From the NCBI RefSeq assembly GCF_009834535.1, contig NC_045711.1, positions 25,048,001 through 25,112,000 on the forward strand: DNA of 64,000 nt, given 5' to 3'. Both the position numbers and the translations under genes were made by a program. The notes below the pieces were generated by a model. The model was not told the DNA's origin and did not search any database. It saw nothing but the letters and a program-made list of their open reading frames with translations. Every line of letters begins with the position of its first letter. Within the stretch, counting starts at the first letter, position 1. Source of the stretch: Camelus ferus (Eukaryota). This document shows positions 12,830 through 24,343 of this stretch, piece by piece.

Positions 12830-13900
12830 TAGGCCTCAAGCCTCCTCGTCCCCACCGAGGACCAGCTGGAAGCCATTTTGATTAAGCTCCACCACAGAAG
12901 GAGGACAATACAGCCCCGCCCAGAGCCAGGCGCGCCCCCGCGGCGGGCCGGGTGCGCGTGTCCGCGCCTCTTCCCGCCGGCCTGGCGGGCGCCGGGCCCA
13001 GGCCGGGGCGGCGCGGGGCGGGGGGTGGGGGTGGTTATGTAAGCGTTGCGCGCTCCCGCGAGGCGGCATCCAATGAGAGGCCCCGGCGGCTCGTGCTCGC
13101 GCACGCAGGGTGGGGGGAGGGAGCGCACGACGTGCGCGCGCCCTCNNNNNNNNNNNNNNNNNNNNNNNNNNNNNNNNNNNNNNNNNNNNNNNNNNNNNNN
13201 NNNNNNNNNNNNNNNNNNNNNNNNNNNNNNNNNNNNNNNNNNNNNNNNNNNNNNNNNNNNNNNNNNNNNNNNNNNNNNNNNNNNNNNNNNNNNNNNNNNN
13301 NNNNNNNNNCGCCTCGCCGCGCGGCCGGGGTCACGGCGCGGGCCGGGGTCCGGCCCGAGCCCGCCGCGGACTCCCCGCGCCTTCCCGGGCCCCCCACGGG
13401 GCGGCCGCGGCTCAGGCCCGGGCGCTCCGCGCCATTTTCCTCCCTCCCCTCTTCCTCCCGCCCGCGCCGGAGGAGGCCCCATCGCCCTCCCCCGCCCCCG
13501 GCCGCCTCGGAGTGCGCGCCGGGCGCGAGTTGGGCGGGCGAATCGCGGACGCCCGCGGGCCCACCGGCCGCGAGCGAGGCTTCTCGGGTCCGGCCGCCGG
13601 GGCGCGCGTGACGAGGGGCGTTAGGGCGCGCGGTGTCCCCACCTTCCGCGGACCCCGCGCCGGGCGTTGCCGCCTCCGTGGTGGAGGGGAGTTCCCTCCG
13701 CCCCGGGCTTCCCCACTCAGGGTTGGGGGCCGCGGGCACCTGGGGACCCCTGCCCCGGGCCTCCGTGGCGGGCTAAGGGCTCGGGCAGAATCAATGGGCT
13801 GCCGATGGGTGGGAAGCCGGATGCCCGTCAGGCCGTCGTGAGGGGCCGGGGCTTGGGGGTTTCCCGGGGAGTATTTCCCACTTTAATGGTCTCAGGATCC
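12830..13900 (+). promoter_or_regulatory. SUMO2 CpG-island promoter and first intron
   Basis: Very high GC and CpG density. G-quadruplex-type motif at 13005-13031, CCAAT at 13070-13074, YY1-type CGCCATTTT at 13430-13438. Confidence 0.8.
13146..13309 (+). CDS. SUMO2: SUMO2 exon 1 (expected MADEKPK), hidden somewhere in this N-run
   Basis: Not directly visible. Inferred from the CpG island position and the visible downstream SUMO2 exons. Coordinates are those of the N-run, not the exon. Confidence 0.5.
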
Positions 13901-14880
13901 CCCGGGGGGGGGATTGGCAGGGGCTTTTCCCTGTGTGCCAAAGAAACTCTAACCTACCGAGACCATGTGGTTTTGGGAAGTTGGAGGCAGATGTACGAGC
14001 AGAGACTTTGTAGGGCTTAACTTTTTAACGCGGGTTTTGAGGCATCAGGAGCCTTTTCCCTAGAGCACTAGGGTACACACTTCTTCCTGGCACTCGGGAC
14101 TTTCTTTGGTTTGTTTTGTTACATCCTCCTCCCCCTTCCTTTCTGAAGTGGTCTGGGGTCTACAAAATTCCTTCCGCACTTGATTTTGGTGAACTTCAGA
14201 TTGGGTCGAAATCTACAGGGAAGACTTGGAATAAAACTGCATTTGACTCATGTCAACAAAGGGGAGGGGAGAATAAGCTTTTAACTAAAAATAAACAAAA
14301 ATGAAACTACTCATAGAGGCGAACGTTAGTAGTGGTTCTGAGTTAATGCCGCTGCTCCGGAGAGAAAGTATATTCCTTAATTAGTTGGGTTTTTTTAAAT
14401 GTAGTTTGAGATTTGTTATTAAACTGATTCTGGTAACTTTTTAACAAGAGATTTGTGGTGAGTTTTGAATTGCAAGCTGTAGATTTTTTTTTCTTGCATT
14501 CTGTACTTAAAGCACTTTGAAGGGAGAAATGATGCTTATTTTTAATCTTTTTAGGGGAAAGGTATATTTTGAGTGACATAAAATATGTCATTTGTAAAAA
14601 CTCAGATTCAAGAAGGCACTGCAGTAAATTGAGTGGGACCCATCTTTAAAAATCGATTGTTGACACATGGTATTGGTTGTAGGCTGCTGTTTCTACGACA
14701 GCTATTTAATATTGTTACTTCAGGATTTCTCATCTTTCGGATTGATTTCAGCAGCTGAAAACAGCTGTATGTTCTTTTATCACACAAAATGAGAAACCTG
14801 TTGATTTCTGAAGCAACTTGGGCTGCTGCTGCTTTAAAAATTGTTTCTCACATCTTCCAAATTATTTCCAACTTTTACNN

Positions 14881-15012
14881 NNNNNNNNNNNNNNNNNNNN
14901 NNNNNNNNNNNNNNNNNNNNNNNNNNNNNNNNNNNNNNNNNNNNNNNNNNNNNNNNNNNNNNNNNNNNNNNNNNNNNNNNNNNNNNNNNNNNNNNNNNNN
15001 NNNNNNNNNNNN
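14881..15012 (+). CDS. SUMO2: SUMO2 exon 2 (predicted, N-masked)
   Basis: A pyrimidine tract ending acttttac runs into Ns at 14879-15105. A 132-nt exon is needed to complete the 95-aa protein. Coordinates assume the AG at 14879-14880. Confidence 0.5.
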
Positions 15013-17249
15013 NNNNNNNNNNNNNNNNNNNNNNNNNNNNNNNNNNNNNNNNNNNNNNNNNNNNNNNNNNNNNNNNNNNNNNNNNNNNNNNNNNNNNNNN
15101 NNNNNTAGGAATTAGACTAACATAATATTATCTTTGATAGCATGAATATGCAGTTATATACTTGACATCAGTTTTATCATACACTTGGTTTGTTGATTCT
15201 TTGTGAAAACCCTTAGGATGGTTTGGTTAACATCATATATGATTCTAGTTCTATGCCAAAAATGCATCAAATTATTTTCACAACATGTAGTCTGTTTTCA
15301 AGGGGGTGTAATTTTACTTTTATAAGAAAATAAGAATGAATTTGGTAAAATTTCTTGTCAGGCTCCCTTTTTTGAAAAATCCACTTAAGTTTGTTTTGTG
15401 TCAAAACAGTTTATTTTGACTATTTTAACCATTTGGAAATAAAATTTAAGGTTAAGGATTCCTGTATGTAAAAGTGTAATATTTTCTTTTTACACTAGTG
15501 ATAGAGGTCAAGAGACTTAACTCCTGAGCCAAGCATAAATGTACCTATATTATAAGGACATTTGAATTTTATTCAGAAAATAGTAAATAGACATCAAGAA
15601 GAGGAAGTAAAAGTGAATAGACTGGGAGGTAAACTCAAACTACACAAAGAAGCTTCCTTTGGCGATGTTGAGTCTGTAACAATACAAAGACAACTTTAAA
15701 GATGACTTTTGCAAATATAACAAAAACTCTGGTAGATTCATTAATCCTGCAGTAACCTGGCAGAAGTATTTTTCTTGTTTGACCCTGAATGTATAATACT
15801 ATAAAAGTTTAGAAAATTGTTTTGTTAGACTAAAGCAACTTATCTACATTGCAAATTGCCCTCCTAAAAATAGTCTCAAAATAGAATAAGGTTAAGACCT
15901 CTAGAAGTTGGGAAATTTTAGTTTGAGTTGACTTCCTCCATGAGACCTAAGGGCTTTTAAAGAAACTTCTTTTTGAGTTTGAACTAAGAAAAGGTTGATG
16001 TGTGAAGATAAAAAAATTATAACCACAGTATTTTCTTAAGAGAATTATCTTGAGAATAGAATTATTTTATCTTTACATGTCAACTTTCTCATAGTTCCCT
16101 TACAAAAGATACGATCTTCTGTATACTCATTTAAATAATTTTGGTGAAATATTCTTAACAATTAGTGAATGTGTACTTATTAATTGTGCTAAAGAATTTT
16201 TGCGCTGGCATCGTCCCTATTTGAACGCTAGTGCCCCTTCAGGTTTCGGGAGAATTTTAAAAGGTAATCATTTTGTGGAACTTTTATGTAGCAAAATCTT
16301 ATACAAATAGAAACTCATCCTTAGATTTGGTGGCTTAAAAAAAATTCTCTGTATATCTTGCATAGCTTTTCTCTAATTATTACAGAATTTCAGCTTTAAA
16401 TGGTTGTGTTTTTCAACACTTCTGTGAAAACTTTCGAACTTAGAGTCAAGTTAAAAGAACTTTACATTGAATACCCATGAGCCTACTACCTAAGTTAACC
16501 ATTAACAGTTTACTGTATATATCTATTGATACTCTTTATCCACCCTAAAATGGTCATATTTAAGCCTTCCCGTATTGTAGGGCCCCCAAAGGAGCTTTTT
16601 GTCTGATATTTAGCAGTTTCCTATATGCATTATACCATTTTGCCAGAAAAACCAAAACGTAGCCCATGCTTTGTAGTCCAGATTATCCTTACAGGAAATT
16701 GTCCTGTAAGATCTAGTTAGTGGATCAGTCAAGAATTTGGGAGGCTTCCTACTATGTTAAAATAAATTTACTGTATTACCCAGTGTAAATAAAGTTTTCC
16801 TTGAAGTTTTTCCATTATTAGGCATAAGGTTGGGATTATATTTGACTAAACTGGTTGAGGCCACTCTTAACTTGCAGTAGAGGGAGAACAACATTGGTAA
16901 TCCATAGAAAACATAATTCCACTACATAGCTGTTGGAATGCAAATATGATTTGAAGATACTATCCAGGAAGAATGTGGACAGATATTTATTCCTATTTTC
17001 CTCTTAAATTGGTAATTATGTCAGAATTTTGAGTGAAACAAGTTTTCAAATGGTTTCTCTGATTCTGGGGAAGAGGGAGTTGAAGTGTCATCTAATTGGG
17101 CTGATTTCCCTGCTTTTTAAGTGTAGGTACAGACTATCAAAAGACTGAAATATTTACCCAATCTAATTTGCACGGCTAAAGTTTTTTTGGCAGGTGGGAA
17201 TTCTTGACCAAAAATTTCCCATCAAGATTAATTGACTGCTCATATTTAC

Positions 17250-17480
17250 TTTCTGATGAACTCATTTGGCATTGTATCTCTGGAGGAGTTCCAGTGAATG
17301 CCTAAGAGGCATCTCAAACTAAACATGTAAAAGAGGACCCTTAATTCTACTAGAAATCTTTCTCTGGTGTCCTGACTCAATAAATAGCACCATTCTACAG
17401 ATAATTGTAAGGTCAAGACCTCAGGGGCCTTCTTGATGATACTTCATAACTCAAAGTCCATCAGCAAATTCTGTTCTCCA
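17250..17480 (+). mobile_element. L2 fragment
   Basis: L2-like text: gcctaagaggcatctcaaactaaacatgt, ccatcagcaaattctgt. Confidence 0.55.
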
Positions 17481-17486
17481 TCTAAA

Positions 17487-17727
17487 CCTGTGCTGTCCAG
17501 TACAATAGCCACAAGCCACAGGTGACTGTTCACCACTTGAAATGTGGCTAGTACAAATGAAGATGTGCTATAAAGTGTAAAAATGTCAGTCATCTGCTGA
17601 AATGATATTTTGAAGATGCTGAATTAGAACGTTTTTATTAAACTTACCTATTTTTTAACTTCTTAATGTGGCAACTAGAAAACTTAAAATTACATATGTG
17701 GCTCACATATTTCTATTGGATAGTGCT
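17487..17727. mobile_element. MER3-like hAT DNA transposon
   Basis: Terminal inverted repeats gtgctgtccag and ttggatagtgc, with internal gccacaagccac and cacttgaaatgtggcta. Confidence 0.7.
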
Positions 17728-19208
17728 AAGCCCTCAACTATTTCATTCTATGCTTGCTCAGTTACTATCTCAGAGACTTCTCTGGTTCATTCTGAGTACC
17801 CTTGTTCCCCATCACTCAATCCTCTCACTCTTTTGTTCTTGTGTTTTTGATTTGTTTTTTGCATTGATTGTGGTCTGTATTTGCACTAAAATGTAAGTTC
17901 TATGGGCATAGGACCTTTTTGTTCACTATTTCTCTACAGCCTAGACAAATACCTGGCATATAGAATGTGTTCACATGCTTGTAAAACGATAGAGAACATT
18001 CAAACTGGCATCTCCAGAGGTTGGTTTCTAAATAAGTTTTTCATTCATGTGTAGAATTAGAGTTTGCCAGCTTTATATCAGCCACATATCCTTCAGCTGA
18101 GTGCTTACAATTCCATTTTAGTGTGGATTTGCCCTAACATTGTTTATTGGAGTATCAGGTGGTTTCAGAGAGCGCAGATTCTTTGGTTTAGTACACTTCA
18201 TTGGTGTGAAGTGAAAAATGGGGACCCAGTGGGGCATAACTCCAAAGCTCAGGGATGAGATTTGTACAGAAGAGGAAACCAAATACTGGTTTAATGTAAA
18301 TTCATTGTTTGAATTTACATGGTTTATGGAATCTTAAAGGCAAGTTTCCTGAATTTTGGACTTTTGATCTCTGGCAAAATAAAAGCTTTTATTGATAAGG
18401 AGAAGCATAAAAACAGGTGGCAATAAAGGAATATAATTTGCTTATGTTCTCCTGGCCCTGCCTTCCCCCCAGCATATAGAAAGTGCTTAGTATTTTGTTG
18501 AAGCAAGGAGTCTCCAATGGCGTATTTGCGAATATATAATACTTAGTGATTAATGACTTGATGTTGAATTATTGGTTGCTTTGTGTAATTGCAAATTTAA
18601 TTTGAATGTCATGAGGAGTGAATTAAGGTTATGGATGTCACCTACCTGGTGAGGGATTGCTTGTACTCCTCAAGACAAGGGCTAATCTGAAAGTGGTATG
18701 TGTTAAAGACTAGAGTTTTAAAGGAAAGCAATATGATCTTCATGTGGCAAGTGGTTTTAAAGGGCAATTCAGTGAATCCTTGTTAAGGGAATACAGGTGT
18801 TAAACTTTATACTTTGTGTTAGTATCTTTAGTCCTAGGAACTCAGTTTAATTTTCTCTTAAATATCAGTTGAAACAGGGAGTTTGTAACAATAATTATAG
18901 TTTGTAATTTGAGCATGATACAAGAGTGACTTTGTAAGATGCTTCCCAGAAAGCTATTTTTCAAGTTAATGTACTTACAGCATACTTCCAAAGTACTTTA
19001 TTTTCCTATCTTGTTCTCACATGGCTGCAGTTACTAACAGCTTTGCTGTTTAGCTCCTTTCCCCTTCTCCCTATTCCTCTTCTCCCCATTCCTGTGTCAG
19101 GTAGGTAATGCTAGATAAATAAAACATTGGGAGTCCCCTTGGCAGAAGGGCATGCCATTTATCTCTTAAAATACATATAAAATCTTCTTGAAACTAAACT
19201 CTAGTAAT

Positions 19209-19305
19209 TTTTATTTTTAATTTTTTTAACAGAGGTACTGGGGATTGAACCCAGGACCTCATGCATGCTAAGCATGCAGTCTACCACTGAGCTATACCCA
19301 CCCCC
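19209..19305 (-). mobile_element. Vic-1-like SINE
   Basis: Reverse-complement tRNA-Ala head and T-rich tail. TAGTAAT on both sides. Confidence 0.88.
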
Positions 19306-20259
19306 ATAGTAATAGAACTTTTTAATTTCCTTTTTGTAATAAAGCTCCCCAACTTAGTAGCTTTATGTTTATTAAATAAAAAACAGAAGATGAAGCATGG
19401 TTAGATGAATATTGCTTTTTATCCATTTTATTCCTTTAGTATGTAGCACTTAAACCATGTGCAAGAGATACAGTATATAACTAAGTCTAGATTCCTATCC
19501 CTCCTAGAGCTAATTTTCTAATAAAAGGTTGACAAATAATAATTGCACATTTTGGTAAGTACTAAGAAGAAAATTAAAAAGCAAGTGCTTCTTTTGAGCT
19601 ATTCCAGGAATTTCATGGATGTAGATTGTGGTCTCATGGATGGTCTTAGGAACCAGTTATTGCCTTGTGTTCTGGTGGAAATGTCCTGACTGTCAAAGTA
19701 TAAGAACTTGTGAAATAAGTCTGTGCTGCGCCTGCCATTGTGCTGGGTTAGGACTTAGGTTGCTTTTACAGAGTGGTAGAAATGTTTGGTTAGACATGAA
19801 GATAAGGTAGCTTTTAGGCAAAGTTTTATTTTAATCTTTACACTTTTTTAGGTGACTTCAGTTTTCATTAGTGTTAAGGTTTTTTTCCTTTTGGATCATT
19901 CTTTAACACGCGTTGAGGAATGTTGCTGTGTGCCTGTGTTACTTTAAATTTCCTTTCAGTATCTTTCTCACTCATTTAAATGCACTCTTTGACTCAAGGT
20001 ATGATCTACTCAAGCCTGCAGAAGCTATGGTCTCAAAAGAAATTACAGCTTTTTTAAAAGAACTTTTTTAAGAAAAATATTTTTCCAAAGAAATTTACAC
20101 ATTGAGTTTAAAGAAACTGATAATCACTCCAAATTATTTAACCAACATAGAAATGGTAACATATCTCTCTTTTAATACAGTCATGGCCAAATAATACGCA
20201 TATAGTTTTAGTTCTTACTGTTTCTATGCATTCTTACTGCTTTTAAACTCTTTGTCCAG

Positions 20260-20331
20260 GGTTTGTCAATGAGGCAGATCAGATTCCGATTTGATGGGCA
20301 GCCAATCAATGAAACAGACACACCTGCACAG
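20260..20331 (+). CDS. SUMO2: SUMO2 exon 3
   Basis: Acceptor ttgtccag, [24 protein letters not shown] (72 nt, symmetric phase 0), donor gtaaaa. Confidence 0.96.
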
Positions 20332-22079
20332 GTAAAAATTTCTTTGGGCTTATTGGAAAATTTGATGTTTTTGTAATTTTCTCAAGAGCTTTATTTATGA
20401 ACTTCTAGACATTGGAATATAGTTCTTTACCATAGTTCATAGGTGTGTAAAATATGGCCAAAAGGGAACAGAAAGAAAAAAAAAAGGAATAGATTCTGGA
20501 ACTGCCAATGGTTTTTAGATATCTGGTTATCACTTTAAATAAAGTTAGTAAGTCATTTAGTTACTTTAACCCATATTTTTTCCCTCTTGCCAGCATCATT
20601 TGGAAAAAATAATTCAAATTTCTGTCTGTTTCTTCAGAAGGTTGTTTTCCTTTTGTTTTCGTTGCTACAGCTCTTACTTATGCTCAGGGTTCCCCACAAG
20701 TGGTTGGTTGATGGTTGATCCTAACCATTTTAGCTCCTTATGCTGAATTACCTTTTACCTGTACTTCTGAACTGAAGGGAACTAGTGGCTCTAACTACAG
20801 GTCTCTTGATAGTTTATGTTTAACAGTGAGGGCTTTCCAAACCCCAACTACAAAAGATTGTCTGATTCCTTAATCTCTTGACATTTCACTTCAGTTGTTC
20901 TTTCACTTTGTAAGGAATCGCCTGGGCTGTCTTCTATAGCAGAATTTTTTTGTCTTTGTTTTTCTTACCTTCTCAAATTCTACTGAAGACTTCCACTTTT
21001 GGAAAAAAAATACTTTGATAGAAATTTAAGTTGGAGCCCTTGGACCTTTAAATTTGTTTTATTCCCCCCATAAAAACTGAAAAGCGATAAATATGGTATG
21101 AATAAAGCAGCACATTCAGATTGTGGTTTTGTTGATAATCTTCAAAAATTAGAAATGTCTATGAGTTGTACTTAAGGGAAGACTGTTTTGAAGAAATTTC
21201 CATTGGCGAGTTTCAAAGAAGCAATTACAGTGTGTAGCCAGCCACAAGGGGGAGCTGAAGTCTCTTGATGAATGAGAGAAAAAGTTCTCTCGTATTCTTT
21301 GAAGGCATTTAAAGTTTCACTATAAAATTTAACCTTTCAGTAGTTTCATTTCAGTGGATAGGCTGAAGATCAGTTTTGATAGTTTTAAAAGAATAAAAGG
21401 AACACATTATGCTAAACTCCAATGATAATGTATTTTCTGTCTTTTGAAGCCCTCACCCACCACAAAAAAAAAGTTCTGGAACTTGTCTTTTATGCAGTTG
21501 CAAATATTAAATTGTGAAGGATTTGTTCAGAACTGCATTATAAAATCTTCAAATTGAATTTGAAATTGAACTCATTTTAGCATTTGAAATTGCATTCATT
21601 TTAGAGTGAAATTAATTCATTTTAGAATTGTTCTCCCAGTATTTATTAAATAGAGGAATTGTGATAATTTAGAACATCTTAGCAGTCAGTTTTAATAGCA
21701 ATATAATTATCATGTACCCATCATTCTGTTAGGTACTTTACTTTCTTTGACTCTTAATTCTCATCATTGAATGCTGTCCCATTTTACAAAAGAGAGAATT
21801 GAGACTTAGGGCTAAAACATTAAGATAGTAATGACTACTTTTAGTATATTTGAACTTCATTAGAAACAATTCCCTTTTTTGTCTTTGGTGCCCAAGGTGG
21901 TGGTTTTATCTTCAAAAATAACCAGCTTTTAGGAAGAATTTTTCATGGGTGATTATCAGCCTAATAAATTGTTACAAAGTTTATTTACTATGCCATATGT
22001 ACCAAGATCTATCTATCGTCGACATTGTTTTGTGTATAATGTCTAGGTAGTGAACCTTGTAAACTGAATAGCGTTTTAA

Positions 22080-22430
22080 ATTTTAATTTTTTTAACGTCT
22101 CTTTTTGTCCATATCTCTTTCCCTACTGCATAGTGGTAACCACTGTTTTGTGCATAGACAAGGATATTTTCATGTTATACACATACATGGAAACTTAAAA
22201 TACACAAATGGAATCATACTATAAGCTGTTGCTGCCTAGTTTTAAAATTTTTTTAGCCTGACACAGTAAGGGGTATTTCCATTTCTGCACATGTAAATCT
22301 ACTTGTTCTTTAATAACAGCTACAAGATGTTTTATGTATGAATGTAACATTTCTTTGGGTTTCTATTGATATTTAGGTTATTTTCAGTCTTTTGCTCATC
22401 TATACAACATTGCAGTGAGATCCTTTATAC
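22080..22430 (-). mobile_element. Old L1 (L1ME-like) fragment
   Basis: Degenerate antisense L1 text (acacaaatggaatcatactata, acaacattgcagtgagatcctttatac). Confidence 0.5.
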
Positions 22431-22717
22431 ACATTACTCTTATTTTCAGTAATTAAAGGTGAAATGATTTAACTCATGGACATACTCAGCTTTTTAACTC
22501 AAAAACTTAGTTTTCTATAGTCTTCATAAAAAAGAAGACCACGTGAAAAATTATTTAAATCTAAGCTTGATTCTACTTTAAGCTATGGGACATCTAAATA
22601 ATGAACACTGGAATTGGGTGAAACTTGTGCAATTTTTCAGGATATTTAAGTCAGATAGTTATAAATTTTAAGAGCTGAATAACCAATGGCCGATTTGTTT
22701 TTTCCCGTTTATGCTAG

Positions 22718-22780
22718 TTGGAAATGGAGGATGAAGATACAATTGATGTGTTCCAGCAGCAGACAGGAGGTGTCTACTAA
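22718..22780 (+). CDS. SUMO2: SUMO2 exon 4, coding part with the di-Gly C-terminus
   Basis: Acceptor atgctag, LEMEDEDTIDVFQQQTGGVY*. The GG-VY end identifies SUMO2 rather than SUMO3. Confidence 0.97.
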   Translation: MEMEDEDTIDVFQQQTGGVY

Positions 22781-23410
22781 AAAGGGAACCTACTACTTTA
22801 CTCCAGAATTCTGTTGCTCCAGACCAAGAAGACATTCNNNNNNNNNNNNNNNNNNNNNNNNNNNNNNNNNNNNNNNNNNNNNNNNNNNNNNNNNNNNNNN
22901 NNNNNNNNNNNNNNNNNNNNNNNNNNNNNNNNNNNNNNNNNNNNNNNNNNNNNNNNNNNNNNNNNNNNNNNNNNNNNNNNNNNNNNNNNNNNNNNNNNNN
23001 NNNNNNNNNNNNNCATCAAATGGAGATGGGATGGGGAAAAATACTGGTTCTGTGAAAATACCCTCTTTCTCCATTAGTGGCATGCTCATTCAGCTCTTAT
23101 CTTTATATTCCAGTAAGTTATTTTGCGCTCACTGTNNNNNNNNNNNNNNNNNNNNNNNNNNNNNNNNNNNNNNNNNNNNNNNNNNNNNNNNNNNNNNNNN
23201 NNNNNNNNNNNNNNNNNNNNNNNNNNNNNNNNNNNNNNNNNNNNNNNNNNNNNNNNNNNNNNNNNNNNNNNNNNNNNNNNNNNNNNNNNNNNNNNNNNNN
23301 NNNNNNNNNNNNNNNNNNNNNNNNNNNNNNNNNNNNNNNNNNNNNNNNNNNNNNNNNNNNNNNNNNNNNNNNNNNNNNNNNNNNNNNNNNNNNNNNNNNN
23401 NNNNNNNNNA
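22781..23410 (+). other. SUMO2: SUMO2 3'UTR, largely N-masked
   Basis: Visible parts (aaagggaacctac..., ggggaaaaatactg..., cagctcttatctttatattccagtaag) match the conserved SUMO2 3'UTR. The proximal poly(A) signal is probably inside Ns 23136-23409. Confidence 0.75.
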
Positions 23411-23636
23411 AAGTTGAAGCTTAGGAAAAAATATGACCTGAATAGACACCTGCTAGAAGAAAGAAAGAAAGTTATTTTGCATTTCTGACAGACTAATGCA
23501 AAACAGAGAATAACAAAGTTATATAAATGACTAGCAACGAATGTTTCAGCTTCCTCTCTGTTCAAAAAGTTTAGGCAGTTCCAAATATGCAACTTCACTA
23601 GCAAAAAAATTGGTTCATCATGTTGTGGATTTACTC

Positions 23637-23654
23637 GTGTGTGTGTGTGTGTGT
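23637..23654. repeat. (GT)9 microsatellite
   Basis: Read directly from the sequence. Confidence 0.9.
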
Positions 23655-24324
23655 TTCTTTTGTAACCACTACTTGAGGCAAAGTGGGTTAGTAATACAGC
23701 TAGGAAAAAAATTATTTTGCTAATTTTACTGATAAATCACTTCATCATTCTAAACCACATTTTGTCTCATGGTAAATCTTCCCTAACCTAAAAATAGAGA
23801 TTTTATTCCTTATTTGAGGATGTTGAGGGACAGAAAATATTTACCTACATATATCCATTTTTACAGCCTTAAATATATAGGGCACTGCTGTTTTTAAATT
23901 CAAGTGTATGGGGAAAGATAACAGCCACAGTACGAATAAACAAGATATTAGAGCTGGAAAGATATGTAAAGATCATCTAATTTTAATCCGTTTTAAAGAT
24001 GAGGCTGAGGTCCAGAGGGTTATTTATCACACATGGTTCTAAAAGTGGGACTAGAAATAAGGATTTCTAATGCTTATTAATTGAACTTTTTCACTATCAG
24101 TTAACAAGAAACTGAATTCCCATTCTTACCAATGTGGCCTTTTTGGATCCAGTCCTTATGAAATATCGTATCTTGTCATTTACTTAATTCACTCTACCTC
24201 TGTTGCAATATGGTCTTTTTTAGATTCCCCATTTCTATAGTGAATGAGCGTCCCCAGAGACAGAAATTCCATAGGTTTTTGGCTGTATATATATTACTCT
24301 GAAATCAACTGAAGTTTTATTTTC

Positions 24325-24343
24325 ATATATATATATATATATA
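24325..24343. repeat. (AT)9 microsatellite
   Basis: Read directly from the sequence. Confidence 0.9.

Noticed and set aside
12829-14020. Long overlapping ORFs (up to 243 aa) in the SUMO2 island, and likewise at the NUP85, JPT1 and ARMC7 islands
   Set aside because: Low-complexity Pro/Gly/Arg/Ala translations are expected from stop-poor GC-rich DNA. Several also span Ns. None resembles a known family.
22686-23604. Cluster of 100-240 aa ORFs over the SUMO2 last exon
   Set aside because: They are artefacts of N-runs. The real frame is the 20-codon exon 4.
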